Assembly (NCBI GenBank): GCA_028023455.1
Contig: JAQFVV010000009.1
Coordinates: forward strand, 3,162,001 to 3,226,000
Source: Epiperipatus broadwayi
Taxonomy: Eukaryota > Animalia > Onychophora
Length of the DNA stretch: 64,000 bases
Direction: 5' to 3'
The notes beneath the pieces were generated by a model that saw only the letters and a list, made by a program, of their open reading frames with translations, had not been told where the DNA came from and searched no databases. Below, one piece after another: positions 50,801 to 63,456 of this stretch. The position numbers and the translations under genes were made by a program. Position 1 is the stretch's first letter. Each line of letters opens with the position of its first letter.

Positions 50801-53800
50801 TTTTAAGGTTTATTTTCTTGGCTAGTCTGGTTGAGTTGTAGATTTGGGTAATTTTGATTATAAAAATGAGTACTTATTATTTATAGATTATTGTGTTTCA
50901 GATATTAGATAAAGTATTCATTGTAAAATAAATCTATCTATCTCAATTTAATAATTTCATTGAAATAAATGGGTTTGAAGTTTGAAAAAATATGTATTCT
51001 AAATGACGTGAATAGAATATGTGATTATTTGAGTTTGAAATTGTTTTGGAAATTTCAAAATAATTTTAATTCTCATTGCTTGTATTAAATACATATTTGA
51101 ATAGTATGGACTCATTTTGATTTGCATATTTTACCATTTTTGCAAGAAATTGATATTTTCATGGATAATCTTTCTTTTTATTTTCTATTCTGAAGGAGAA
51201 TAATTGTCGAAATTAATCAATTAGCAAACAAGAAATCTTATTTATCAGAGATTCCCTTTTGTACCTTATTATACTGGAAAATATTTTATTATGTAACATT
51301 GTCATTGCAGTGCAGACCTAAATATAAACTTTTCCATCACTCAATATTGAAATCATAGAGAGATGTTAAGTGTCCTATGTATCGAAATACTAAAATATTT
51401 TGTAACCAACAAATATATTTTGAACAATTATTGTACAAATGAAAGATATAGTTATTTAAAGGATGCTATTTGCCCTATTAATTATTAATGAAGTTTGCTT
51501 ATCCATATGAACATTGTCATTATGGTGAAGAAAATAGTTTAAAGTTGTGCAAGACATTTGTTTATAAAATATTATCTTATGGTTTTTACCATTTCATTCC
51601 AAATGCAGTTGCTATTCTGAATGATAACAATTCATTAATAATATTTTACATGCACATATGAAGCCAAGAACAACATCATCAAATATATACACTATACAGT
51701 TCAATGATTAAAATATAACTTTTTAAAAGCATTTTATTTAAAGTAATTATAAGATTTAATTTTTAACATATTATTTGGGAATTTATTTTGATATTTATTT
51801 ATAAATCCTATAAATTAACTAATAGAAGGATTAGTTTATTCATAAATCAAAATTCTTTCATTTGTATTCAAATAGTAGAAATAAGTTAAATAACCATAAT
51901 AATAATCAAATAATAATATATGAAAAGTTATACATAATGTATTATATTTTGATAGTTGCCTGTTAATTGTTATATCATAATAAGGTTATTTGTTTTTAAT
52001 TTTTAAAATTGTTTAAATATTATAAATACAGATTAAAATATAAGTGATAAATTTTTTAAAATTAGTGGAAAGTAGTTCTGCTCTAGTCACTAATTACTGA
52101 TTAAAAGTTATTTATTGGAATTAGTTAGATAATGTATAAAGATGGAAATAAAATTATGGATAATGTAGGATAGGATAACATTCATTCAATAAGGGTCATT
52201 ATGTGTTGTTCTAATTCTAATTATCACATATTTAATTTTAAACAATATAAACATCTAACTTGATGACTAAAGAGTGACATACCTTATCTAAGTTCATCAT
52301 GAACCTAATGGCACTCAATTGTATGAACATCTAATTTCAAACTGATTAATTTTATATAATATAAATCTTCTCATTCATGTGTACAATTTTGAAGCCAGAA
52401 TAAAGATTTGAGAAGATATTTAAAGGCTAAATCCATTGTTGAACCAATGTTTATAACCCCTACCAGCATAGTTATCCATTTTTAACTATATTCACTTCAT
52501 TATCTACTTCTCTATTTCACAATGTTATATTATATTGAACTGGTACAATAAATAGAAAATAAAGATGCTGTATGGACAGTTTGTGAGAAAGAATAGTCTT
52601 TGCTAATCAAGCATTTTCATAGAAAGTTAAGTACTATTGTGTCATTGTATTATAATTAAAATATAGCCTCACAATCAAAGATTCCAAATTTGAAATATCA
52701 AGTTTCTTATATTTCAACAATTCTACCAGGAATGTAGCAATATTTCATAAAGAATTTAATTAGCTGACTATGCTATGATTTGTATTGTTTTGTACCATGT
52801 GATTTTATCAATTTTATAATCTAGAAAAGATTACATACCACCCCCTAAAGAGTATTAGCATTTAAATATTGTAATGTACTGTAAAGGATAGCTTAAGATG
52901 CACACATTCCTAAAAAGATCAAGCATATTTATTGAACCCAATTCATTTGGAATTTATAGTAATAGTAGGAAGATTATTATTTGTTATTATTATTACCTAT
53001 ATACATATAATACACAATAAATTATTATATTTATAAAATAAAATATGATCAGTATTTTACAAAGTAATATTGTATATATATATATAAAACTATTTGATTA
53101 AATAAACTGTAATGTATGTATATATTTAAATTTAAAATTGAATATTATTTAATAGTTAAATGAATGTGGGATGACCTGAAGTTAATTAGGTAGGTACATA
53201 TGTGTGAAAATAAAACTGATTTTATTATTATTTTTTATTTATAATAAAGCTAAATGTATTTAAACAATAGGCAGTTAAAGATATCAGCTTTCCTGGAAAT
53301 CTATGCATGTAAAATGTATAAAAACAAAAGACAGTTTACAAATCGTTCTTCTTATTGTTATAGCACCTGTAACAAAAGACAAGGATTAAAAATAAAATTT
53401 AGAATGCTAAAATGGAGTTTTACTTTTTCTTTTAGTTAAATTATAAACATTTTAAAAGTCAAATGCTATAACTAAAAGTTTATCAAATTCAAAGAAAAGA
53501 AAGTGAAATAAAAAGTAAGAATAACTGATTAATTCTTAAATAATTAAATTGTGTTTTAAAAGTTGGAGTAAATATGAATATTTTAAATCTTTTCAAAAAC
53601 AATAATGAGAATTAAATTGCTGGAAATTGGAAAAGGAAAAAAAAAATGAAATAGTTTTCTTAATATATAGATAAGCGCTTCAATATTATTCAATAAAAAT
53701 ATATGATTATAAATAATTATTAAATTGTACTTTAATATGAAAATGGGCTAGAGCAAAACATGCTATTGTGTGTCGTGGTATTTCCTGCCAGCTGCATTAT

Positions 53801-53812
53801 ATTTATATATAT

Positions 53813-55793
53813 TGTGCTGGATGAAAAATTTTTTTGTCGTATATCCTGACCATGAGGGCGCCACTAGTCCGAAAATCGAAACTAGACATTTATTTTAAGG
53901 GTGGGCAGGATATACAAACATGAATGTGCCAGACTAAACCCAGGTAGAGCAAAAGCTAATGAATGTGGTTCAGACAATTGAGAAAACACTGAGACAAACG
54001 CAGGCCAAAATACTTATAAGAACTTTTTAAATTTATTAAACATAATAACAAAATAAACATGAAACTTGATATACATTTACTTAGCAGATCTTAACATTGA
54101 GTGTATGCGAGCAGAACTACGGTAAATACTCAGGCAGACAAGTTCATTTCTTATCTATAACACAATAATGGCTGATATCTTCTTGCTAGCAGTTCACCCA
54201 ACCAATTCCCTTTTCCCTATAGAGATTTAGTAAGATGGATGTTTGTGGAGAATAACAGGACAGCGCAGACGAGCTTTTCTTAGTCAAGAATGTCATAATT
54301 CTGCAAAACGCTCATGGACAAGTACATTGAAAGGAGCCAAGGTTAGTCTCACACAAGAAAGAAACATGAATTACGCAATCTGAATTATAGCAAATAAATC
54401 TCTACCAAAAATAAATAAATCATATTTCCTAAAAATCGCTAGCCAAAGCCAAGTTTGATTTAGTTAAACGCTGAAGCAAACAAACAAACAAAAATAAAAG
54501 AAAACTACTAAGGTCGGTCTGAGCATTTAACAATGGTTAATCATAAAACTGAGAAATTATTAAGCATATAAAATATCACTCGCCCTACACTCTCGAACAA
54601 GCAACATTTTAAGATTGAAAATCTTGCTATTAAGATTGTAATGTAAAATAAACAAAAATACATTAATATTTAAATTGATCAATTACACATCGTAAATATA
54701 ATTTCTTTTTAAGATTAAGCTGAGATTTGCGAGAGACTTAATTAGAGATTTAGCCCTGATTTTGATATGAAAAGGTAAGTTACCTCGAGATAATATTAAT
54801 TTCTGTTGTTCACACAAAGTTCGGTTTATAGAGTCCTCTACAACGGATGTCATTTACTACAGGTTCAGAAGTCTGGAGGCATTATTGGGATCCACTCTGG
54901 ACTTGACAGGTCATGATGGAAGTCACAATTTGGAGCTCCGGAGGTTCATCTTTGGAAAGGCTCAGCCCATCATGTTGTGGAGATTCTTCGTGGCGTATAT
55001 TACAGGCATGGTGTCTGAATGACTGCTATTATCGTGGCAAATAGAGTTATTGTCGGTCAACGGAAATTCAACTTGGTGATTCCCGTGACACCAATATCAA
55101 AAAAAAAAAATTTAGTCACTTTCACAATGCAACAGTTCAATAACAGCTAAAATCTGGATCGATCCTCAATAAGAAGCCGAGCAATAAAAACTGAATGAAC
55201 AGAATAGTCTCTTTGAATCCTCCTCTCTAATCAAAAGAAAATAAATTACCCAGCTATTTATGTCCTTTGTTATCTCCCACGCAATCTTAATTAGAAAAAC
55301 AATACCTTACAGGGCTTAATCTTACAAAAATGATTATTTTTTTATAAAAAAAAATACAAAACCAAATCTCAGCTTTAAAATACATCAACATTAAATTTTT
55401 TTTTAGTTTAAATAAAATACATATAAGAGCACTAATTAATAAACAGCAAAACTCTCCATACAGTATTGCAACCTGTGCTAAACAGAGTAATCAATGGATG
55501 CCAGAAGGCTTGTGCATAAAATCCCTATCCAATGCCTACTCATCCAATATCCCCAGACTAGTTTCTGGCTTGTGGCCTTCGTGTGAACCCTAATTAAAAC
55601 TTTGTTTGCTTTTAATTATTTTAAAAGAAAACAAGGGTCATAAAAAAAATATTTTATACTAAAATCAATTTAGAATTAAAAATATAAGATTTCAAAATAA
55701 ATAAGTATGTGTGTTATTGCACATATAAAACTTCGTTTTTTTTTTTCTAACTTACATGATAGAACCCTTGAATCGGATAAAGTATCCAGTTCA
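53813..55793 (-). repeat. 3' LTR (1981 bp including a 150-bp secondary insertion)
   Basis: Direct repeat of 60210-61994; about 27 substitutions in the first ~670 bp by manual count (~96%). Confidence 0.95.
55440..55589 (-). mobile_element. Family C hammerhead-bearing unit inserted in the 3' LTR only
   Basis: Absent from the 5' LTR at the matching site (~61860); flanked by ctaattaa (55432-55439, 55590-55597); homologous to arms of 35597-35929. Confidence 0.9.
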
Positions 55794-55804
55794 ACTGCCC
55801 CTTC
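55794..55804 (-). other. Polypurine tract
   Basis: GAAGGGGCAGT directly before the TG of the 3' LTR on the minus strand. Confidence 0.75.
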
Positions 55805-55933
55805 ACACCAACAAAAAAAAATAAAAGCATCTATTTGCTACTTCTTTTTTTTTTTTCAAACTTTAAACCCCAACATTTAAAACTGGCTGAACATTTGCCC
55901 TGAGATCAATTCCTTAAGTGTACCTCCTATCTT

Positions 55934-56900
55934 TTAGGTGGTTGGCCTAAGGCTTTGTGCATTATAAGATCCATAAACCCCACGCTCATCTTCCAATACA
56001 AAGGCATTCGGACCATTTTTCTTTTGTATAGTGAAGGGTCCCTCATATACTGGGAAAAATTTCTTATATTGATGCTGGGTTGGATTGCTGACATGAGGTT
56101 TTTGTACAAAAACCAAGTCCCCTACCTCAAATCTACATGGTCGTGGATTTCCCCGCTGTATGCGTACTTCAGCCATATGTTTCAACTTTATTCGAGCCTT
56201 TCTTTTATCCATTTCTTTATCAATTTTGTCCCAATCTACAGGCAAGGGAGCCTTTATCAGCATTGGATAATTCTGTCCAAAATGTAATCTGATGGGGGAA
56301 AACCCTGTAGATTCATTCTGTGTCCAATTTATGTAGTTAGTGATGTTTCCCGTCTGATTCACCCATCCACGGTGATTTTCGTTGACATAAAGCTGAAATA
56401 AACGGTTTAACTCCCTCATGACTCTCACAGGAATTCGATTGAGGATTACGAATAGATGTTAATACATGCTGAATGCCCTGTTGCTGAATCCACTTTTTCC
56501 AGTGGTGAGATTTAAAGGGTGTCCCATGATCTGTAAGTATCATCTGGGCCTACCAATCTTAGGAAACTGATGCTCCTGTAAGATCCGGATAGTACTTCAT
56601 GTATCCGCCTTTCTTAATGGATATGCAGTTACATACTTAGAAAATATGTCGTACATTATGATTAAATATCGGTATCGTTTATAGGCAGGTAAAGGCCCAT
56701 AAAAATCTATGGCCAACATTTCATTAGGGTTGTGTGCTAAAATAGGCTGCAAGATCACAGTAAATCTCTTATTTACATATTTAGTTTGTGAACACACATG
56801 ACATTTTCCCAAAACTGATACAACATTTGAATATAAACTTGGCCAGTAAAATACTTCCCTGAGCACATGTTCTACTTTACGTGGTCCATAGTGTCCATAA
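55934..56900 (-). pseudogene. Gypsy integrase (split across three frames)
   Basis: HHCC region (...FYWPSLY...CHVC), LAIDFYGPL, ILTDHGTPF, and GPY/F motif YEGPFTI; no chromodomain. Confidence 0.93.
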
Positions 56901-56953
56901 AGGCAATGTATATACTCTATAAGTTTGTTCCTGAGTGTTTGGGGTTTAAGAAT

Positions 56954-57604
56954 TCACCATGAGTCTTGTTCTAAGGTGACTCTGTATTGCAATACACCAT
57001 CTTTTATTCTATAGGCTTCATATTTTTCCAATGTTGCTGTGTCACTGGGGTCTGAAGTTCCTATTCCTTTCTTATATGTCATGATTTGTGCATTCTCTGG
57101 GCTGGTCTCCTGTATTTCAGATAGCCTTAGTAATTGTTGCTCTATGGACTCATCTATGGTCAATGTGAATGCTGCAATACTTAGATTGTTGGGCTCAAGA
57201 TGATGTGGGGTCAGATCTACGGGATGGCGACTCAAAATAATCGCCACAATATTTTCCTTTCCTTTACAATATAGAACTTTATATTGGAATTTCTGTAGTG
57301 TAAGACTCCAACGTATCAATCGATCATTCGATAAATAACTGCTATTAAGAAATTCCAAGCTCTTATGATCCGTAATTACAACAATCTCTGACCCAAGCAG
57401 GAATTGTTTGAATTTACTGAAAGCCCAAACAATGGCCAAAGCTTCCTTTTCTGTCATCGTGTAATTATTTTCCGCCCCTTTTAGCTTGCAGCTACAAAAA
57501 TACAACACTCTGTGACGTTTTTGTTTGTCAATTTGAAATAACACGACTCCAAGCCCTTGCCCACTGCTGTCAGTCTGAACATAAAAAGTTTGTGAAAAGT
57601 CAGG
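56954..57604 (-). pseudogene. Gypsy RNase H
   Basis: PDFSQTFYVQTDSSGQGLGVVLFQ...NYTMTEKEALAIVWAFSKFKQFLLG...ITDHKSL...RWSLTLQ. Confidence 0.95.
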
Positions 57605-58514
57605 CTAGGCTAGAACCACCTGTTCCAAGAACTTGTTTTTAATGTGTTGAAATTCCTGCTCCTGTTTGTACTCCCATACCCATTTTTGGTCTTTTGTCAA
57701 TAACTGAACCAAATTTGCAGCATCTAATGCAAAATTTTCATAGAATTTATGATAAAAATTGCATAATCCCAGAAAAGACTGTACCTGATGCCTATTAGTG
57801 GTTGTGGGAAAATGTTGTATCGCTGTTAGTTTCTCGGGATGCGAGTTAATACCCTCTTTTCCAATTAAAAAGCCTAAAAATGTAACCTCCTCCTGGACCA
57901 GGCAACTTTTTTGTAAATTGATGGTATTGTTTTTCTGGTAACACTCCATTAAGAACATTTTCAAGTGTTCCATATGTTCTTCCATATTTTTAGATGCGAT
58001 GACTATGTCATCCATATATATCACAATCAGACTCTTGATTTTGTCTGATAACACTTGATCCAAACACTTTAGAAGTCCTGAACCACTATTGATTAATCCA
58101 AAAGGCATACGCTTAAATGCATACGTATGCCCTTCATAGCGGAAGGCAGTATATTTGCGGTCAAATGGATGTAGAGGGATCTGCCAATAACTGGATGTCA
58201 AGTCCAATGTAGAAAAAATGGTTTTACCTTGAAATTTTGAGAGAAGTTCTGTTATTGTAGGTGGAATGTTTCTTTCAGGAATGGTAATGGCATTTAACCA
58301 CTGGGCATCCAAACATATTTCTGACAGATCCATCTTTTTTCTTTACCACTACTAATGGGTTAACATATGGAGATGTGTGCTTTTCAATAACTCTCCATTC
58401 AATCATTTGCTGTATTTGAAGATCTACTTCAGCCTTATATTGAAACAATGGGATACGAACGACTCTGGAAATGGCTTTCATCCTTAACTTGAATGCGATG
58501 CACATACCCCTCAA
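57605..58514 (-). pseudogene. Gypsy reverse transcriptase (frameshifted)
   Basis: SPYVNPLVVVKKKDGSVR, FSTLDLTSSYWQI, KRMPFGL, YMDD, FLGF, SFLGLCNFY. Confidence 0.96.
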
Positions 58515-59373
58515 TGATCTTAGGCCTATTCGAAAAAACTGAATAGAACTCCCTCAACAGTTCCATTAGAGGGTGTTGTTCTTCCATTCCTTTTAACATG
58601 GATTGCGACACTTTATTTTGCATTTCCACGGTATCCCTCACTTGCTGAACACCCTGTACCTGAAGTGGCTTATAACTCTCTAGCCCTTCAAATGGCATCA
58701 AAACTTCTTGGCAAAGAAATAAGCATTTGTCATAATCCAAAACACATTTATGCCTGTACAAAAAATCAGTCCCAATTATAACATCTTGTATGAGACCAGG
58801 CATTATCAAAAAGACATGGTCTAACTCTATGTTACCTAGATGCAAATGTAACCACACCTGTTTGGTTTCAATATCTGCCTTCTTGCCATTGGCCAGTGTT
58901 ACCTGCAATCTTTTTATTGGCAGTGTATACAAACGTGGCTGGTCTTTCTTTATTTTCACATAAAACTTACTAGAGAGCAATGACATTTGACTTCCTGAAT
59001 CAACCAATGCTTCTGTAATGATGTCTCCAGTCTTTATACTGACAATTGGGCAAGTCTGCATAGCTCCATTCCATGCTGATTCTTTTTGATCCATCATCAC
59101 ATTAGCTACAGTCCTATGGCTTTCTTTACTTTTTTTAATTGGAGTTGATAATTGACTCTTTTGACCTTTTTCTATCAAAATTATCTGATCGCCCTGCATT
59201 GTTCTTTTCTCCACTTCTTCTTGGACCTGATTATGTTCAATTTCATTTAACAGTTTGATCATTTCTTCAAAGTGAATGTTGTTACTACACAACATGATCT
59301 GATGTATATCCCTTGGTATATTGCCCAATACAATTCGGCATATCAGCCTCTCAGACAAAGAGAAAGCTATCAA
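58435..59373 (-). pseudogene. Gag C-terminus and aspartic protease
   Basis: ALVDSGSQMSLL active-site motif and IIGTDFL. Confidence 0.93.
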
Positions 59374-59378
59374 TGACT

Positions 59379-59720
59379 TCAGCCTTGCTGCTTGCCTGCA
59401 GACAACTGGGTATAAGTTTCTCCATTATCCCTAATATATCTTTCTTGTGATATATTGATGAAGATATGATACTGCTTTTCTTCACTCCAAAAAGTGTGCA
59501 ATAATTTGCATCTGTAATCCCAAAAAGTCTGTGGCTTGATCTTTAAGATATGCCACCAACCCTCAGCCATTCCTTGTAAATAGTGGCGTGCAATTGCCAC
59601 TTGTTCAGTCTCCTGCCAATTATGACATCGAAACATCTCTTGCAGGCTCTCCAAATGCTCTAATGGGCTTTCCCAAATATCAGCCATAAAAGATTTTATT
59701 TGCCAATCTATTTCGGCCAT
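59379..59720 (-). pseudogene. Gag capsid domain
   Basis: SPLEHL...LQGMAEGWW...FWDYRCKLLHTFWSEEKQ, Ty3/gypsy capsid pattern; frame breaks at ~59379. Confidence 0.85.
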
Positions 59721-60174
59721 GATGCTAGCTAGTCTATCTTCAGCCTCTTCTCTAACTTTATTTAAATTCCCAACACAACTTCTGTCTATTTATGAAATTT
59801 ATTTCTTTTTTTTAATCTTCAATTGCTATTTATTATATATATATATATATTTAAAGCATAAAAAGTTAAACTGTTTACTTTTTTCTTTAAACGTGAACCT
59901 AAACTCTTTGCTTGCTTTTTTTTTTTTTATGAACGTAACAGCTAATTTTTCTTTTTTTTAATAAACAAAGAAACAAAATAAATATATAACTTCTTAATAT
60001 CTTTTTGTCTGACCCGTCCGTTCAGTATATTAATTATTCATATTGAAAAGATGAACCCCCTACTCCAAACTGCTTTATACCATTTAGCACAAACTGATCC
60101 CTACCTACTGAATCTTGCCTCCAACACTGAAATATTCCTCAATTGTCCGAACAAAATCTCACGTGAAAATCAAA

Positions 60175-60194
60175 GGCCCGTGTTGGTAGCGCTA
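60175..60194 (-). other. Degenerate primer-binding site, tRNA-Lys-like
   Basis: TAGCGCTACCAACACGGGCC resembles the Lys1,2 PBS TGGCGCCCAACGTGGGGC but lies 15 nt from the LTR end and has indels. Confidence 0.45.
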
Positions 60195-60209
60195 AAATTA
60201 CTATAGCTA

Positions 60210-61994
60210 TGTGCCGGATGAAAGATTTTTGTTTCGTATATCCTGACCATGAGGGCGCCACTAGTCCGAAAATCAAAACTAGACATTTATTTTAAGGATG
60301 GCAGGATATACGAACATGAATGTGCCGGACTAAACCCAGGTAGAGCAAAAGCTAATGAATGTGGTTCAGACAATTGAGAAAACACTGAGACAAACGTCAG
60401 CCAAAATACTTATAAGAACTTTTTAAATTTATTAAACATAATAACAAAATAAACATGAAACTTGATATACATTTACTTAGCAGATCTTAACATTGAGTGT
60501 ATGCGAGCAGAACTACGTTAAATACTCAGGCAGACAAGTTCATTTCTTATCTATAACCCAATAATGGCTGATATCTTCTTGCTAGCAGTTCACCCAACCA
60601 ATTCCCTTTTCTCTATAGAGATTTAGTAAGATGGATGTTTGTGGAGAATAACGGCACAGTGCAGACGAGCTTTTCTTAGTCCAGAAAAGAAATGCTGGAA
60701 CCAAGAATGTCATAATTCTGCAAAATGCTCATGGACAAGTACATTGAAACGAGCCAAGGTTAGTCTCACACAAAAAAGAAATATGAATTAAGCAATCTGA
60801 ATTATAGCAAATAAATCTCTACCAAAAATAAATAAATCATATATCCTAGAAATTGCTAGCCAAAGCCAAGTTTGATTTAGTTTAACGCCGAAGCAAACAA
60901 ACAAACAAAAATAAAAGAAAACTACTAAGGTCGGTCTGAGCATTTAACAATGGTTAATCATAAAACTGAGAAATTATTAAGCATATAAAATATCACTCGC
61001 CCTACACTCTCGAACAAGCAACATTTTAAGATTGAAAATCTTGCTATTAAGATTGTAATGTAAAATAAACAAAAATACATTAATATTTAAATTGATCAAT
61101 TACACATCGTAAATATAATTTCTTTTTAAGATTAAGCTGAGATTTGCGAGAGACTTAATTAGAGATTTAGCCCTGATTTTGATATGGAAAGGTAAGTGAC
61201 CTCGAGATAATATTAATTTATGTTGTTCACACAAAGTTCGGTTTATAGAGTCCTCTACAATGGATGTCATTTACTACAGGTTCAGAAGTCTGGAGGCATT
61301 ATTGGGATCCACTCTGGACTTGACAGTTAGGTCATGATGGAAGTCACAATTTGGAGCTCCGGAGGTTCATCTTTGGAAAGGCTCAGCCCATCATGTTGTG
61401 GAGATTCTTTGTGGCATATATTACAGGCATGGCGTCTGAATGACTGCTATTATCGTGGCAAATAGTGTTATTGTCGGTCAACGGAAATTCAACTTGGTGA
61501 TTCCCATGGCACCAATATCAAAAAAAAAAAAATTAGTCACTTTCACAATGCAACAGTTCAATAACAGCTAAAATCTGGATCGATCCTCAATAAGAAGAAG
61601 CTGAGCAATAAAAACTGAATGAACAGAATAGTCTATTTGAATCCTCCTCTCTAATCAAAAGAAAATAAATTACCCAGCTATTTATGTCCTTTGTTATCTC
61701 CCACGCAATCTTAATTAGAAATACAATATCTTACAGGGCTTAATCTTACAAAAATAATTATTATTTTTTTATAAAAAAAAATACAAAACCAAATCTCAGC
61801 TTTAAAATACATCAACATTAAATTTTTTTTTAGTTTAAATAAAATACATATAAGAGCACTAATTAAACTTTGTTTGCTTTTAATTATTTTAAAAGAAAAC
61901 AAGCGTCATAAAAAAAAATATTTTATACTAAAATCAATTTAGAATTAAAAATATAAGTTTTCAAACCCTTGAATTGGATAAAGTATCCAGTTCA
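60210..61994 (-). repeat. 5' LTR (1785 bp)
   Basis: Direct repeat of 53813-55793; has ~21 extra bp near 60681 and lacks ~75 bp near 61965. Confidence 0.95.
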
Positions 61995-63456
61995 ATATAT
62001 TTTTCTACTTTCTTGTAAACACCCAAAAGGATGCCTACAGTCAAAAGTAAACAAGGATTGGAATACTTTATGGTGAATCAAATGAGGATCAAGATGTTTA
62101 CCATTAAACACAACTACAGGAGACACCATTGTATCTATCTATCTTTGCTAAGGAAAATGATTTACTAAGTGAAACTGCTTTGAAGAACAACTTGCCTACC
62201 TATCAACTACTACTATTTCTATTATGATGATTTTTATGAACTTTGTTCCAATTACAATTTTTAATCAAAGAATCAATATTGTAAATTTTTGTTTATTTTT
62301 TTTTTAATTTTTATTCATACTATCTGTTGTATTTTCACACTGATGCTGAAGCCTCATTTTTCAGAATTAGCAAAGAAGAAAAGAGGGGATTATTCATTTT
62401 GATATTTTTTTATATTTTCATTATAAATAAAATTTAGGTAATACCACCTGCTTCACATCAGGTTATCCACATAAATATTGAGGTAAGATTTTCTAAATTT
62501 ATATATAAGATTAAATTACAACACATACAGAATACATATTATATGTTTTATTTTGTGATTAACCGTGTACGTATATTTTCCAGTATGTTTGACTAATCAA
62601 CTGGTAGCTGTCTCTATCTTATATATAAATTGGGGAAATTTGTTAAATAGATTAACATTTGTAAATATATAATTTAGCTAGCCAGCATCTCAATTATATT
62701 AAATAACTAAAGTTGATTTTTCTATATAATTATGATTTGTAGAGAATGAGTGACATAGGTGGATTTCTATTATGGGTTATAAGGGTTGGATCTAGAGGAT
62801 AATTAATTAGTAAGATGGTAGAGGTTCACTTGTGACACATGTACATATGATGATTATATATATATATATTATCATTACTATTGTCGTTATACTTGATATT
62901 TATTATTGTTAATAAATGTTTGAGAGCTTATATTATTTCGGTCTGTGGTTTATTGAGTTGTCCTGATATTCTACAGTTTAGAAATAATTATACATGCATA
63001 CACATCTATTTTTCTTATTATATAAAAGCTTGAAAATAAAACAAATATTATAAATGCTAGTTGTAACATATATAGGTGCAGGTGTTGCTGTGTATATCTG
63101 TTTATACCTGCTAAAGGAGTTAAAAGCAATATTCTCTCTGGGCTTGAATATTAGGGAATAACGGAATTAAAAAGAGGAAAGTGGATGAACTAACCTAAAT
63201 TGTATTTAATATTATTGAGTAGGGCTAGAGTTAATCAATTAAAAAATATGCAATCATTGGTTAAGCATTTCATCGAGTTCACATTAGTACTATTTCAGAT
63301 GACCCACAGTCTGAACATAGTTGGATGCAATTTTTTTCCCTTTTAAGCCTGGTAGGTCTTTGCAGATTGTTTCATTAGGGGTAATAAATTAGCATATTAA
63401 CTTATCCCCACACCATATTGCTACATCTGCATAGTTGTACAGTCTGCAAGTTAGTT

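Larger units (their letters stand above)
53813..61994 (-). mobile_element. Full-length, frameshifted Ty3/gypsy LTR retrotransposon
   Basis: Two long direct repeats with TG...CA ends; order gag-PR-RT-RH-IN; atatat on both flanks (53807-53812, 61995-62000), consistent with a 4-bp ATAT duplication; PPT and PBS-like sites in the expected places; no env. Confidence 0.97.

Noticed and set aside
53846-53885. Hammerhead in the LTR terminus (CTGACCATGA-GGGC...GTCC-GAAA)
   Set aside because: Core is not CUGANGA and no helix III/NUH follows; GAGGGCGCCAC-like motifs are common near LTR ends.
55794-55933. env or chromodomain after integrase
   Set aside because: Only ~140 bp separate the integrase stop from the LTR.
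55955-56287. 110-aa plus-strand ORF
   Set aside because: Antisense shadow of the integrase frame; no recognisable motif.
62540-62975. Solo LTR ending ...tattctaca
   Set aside because: LTR-like 3' end only; no matching TG start with target duplication, PBS or partner.
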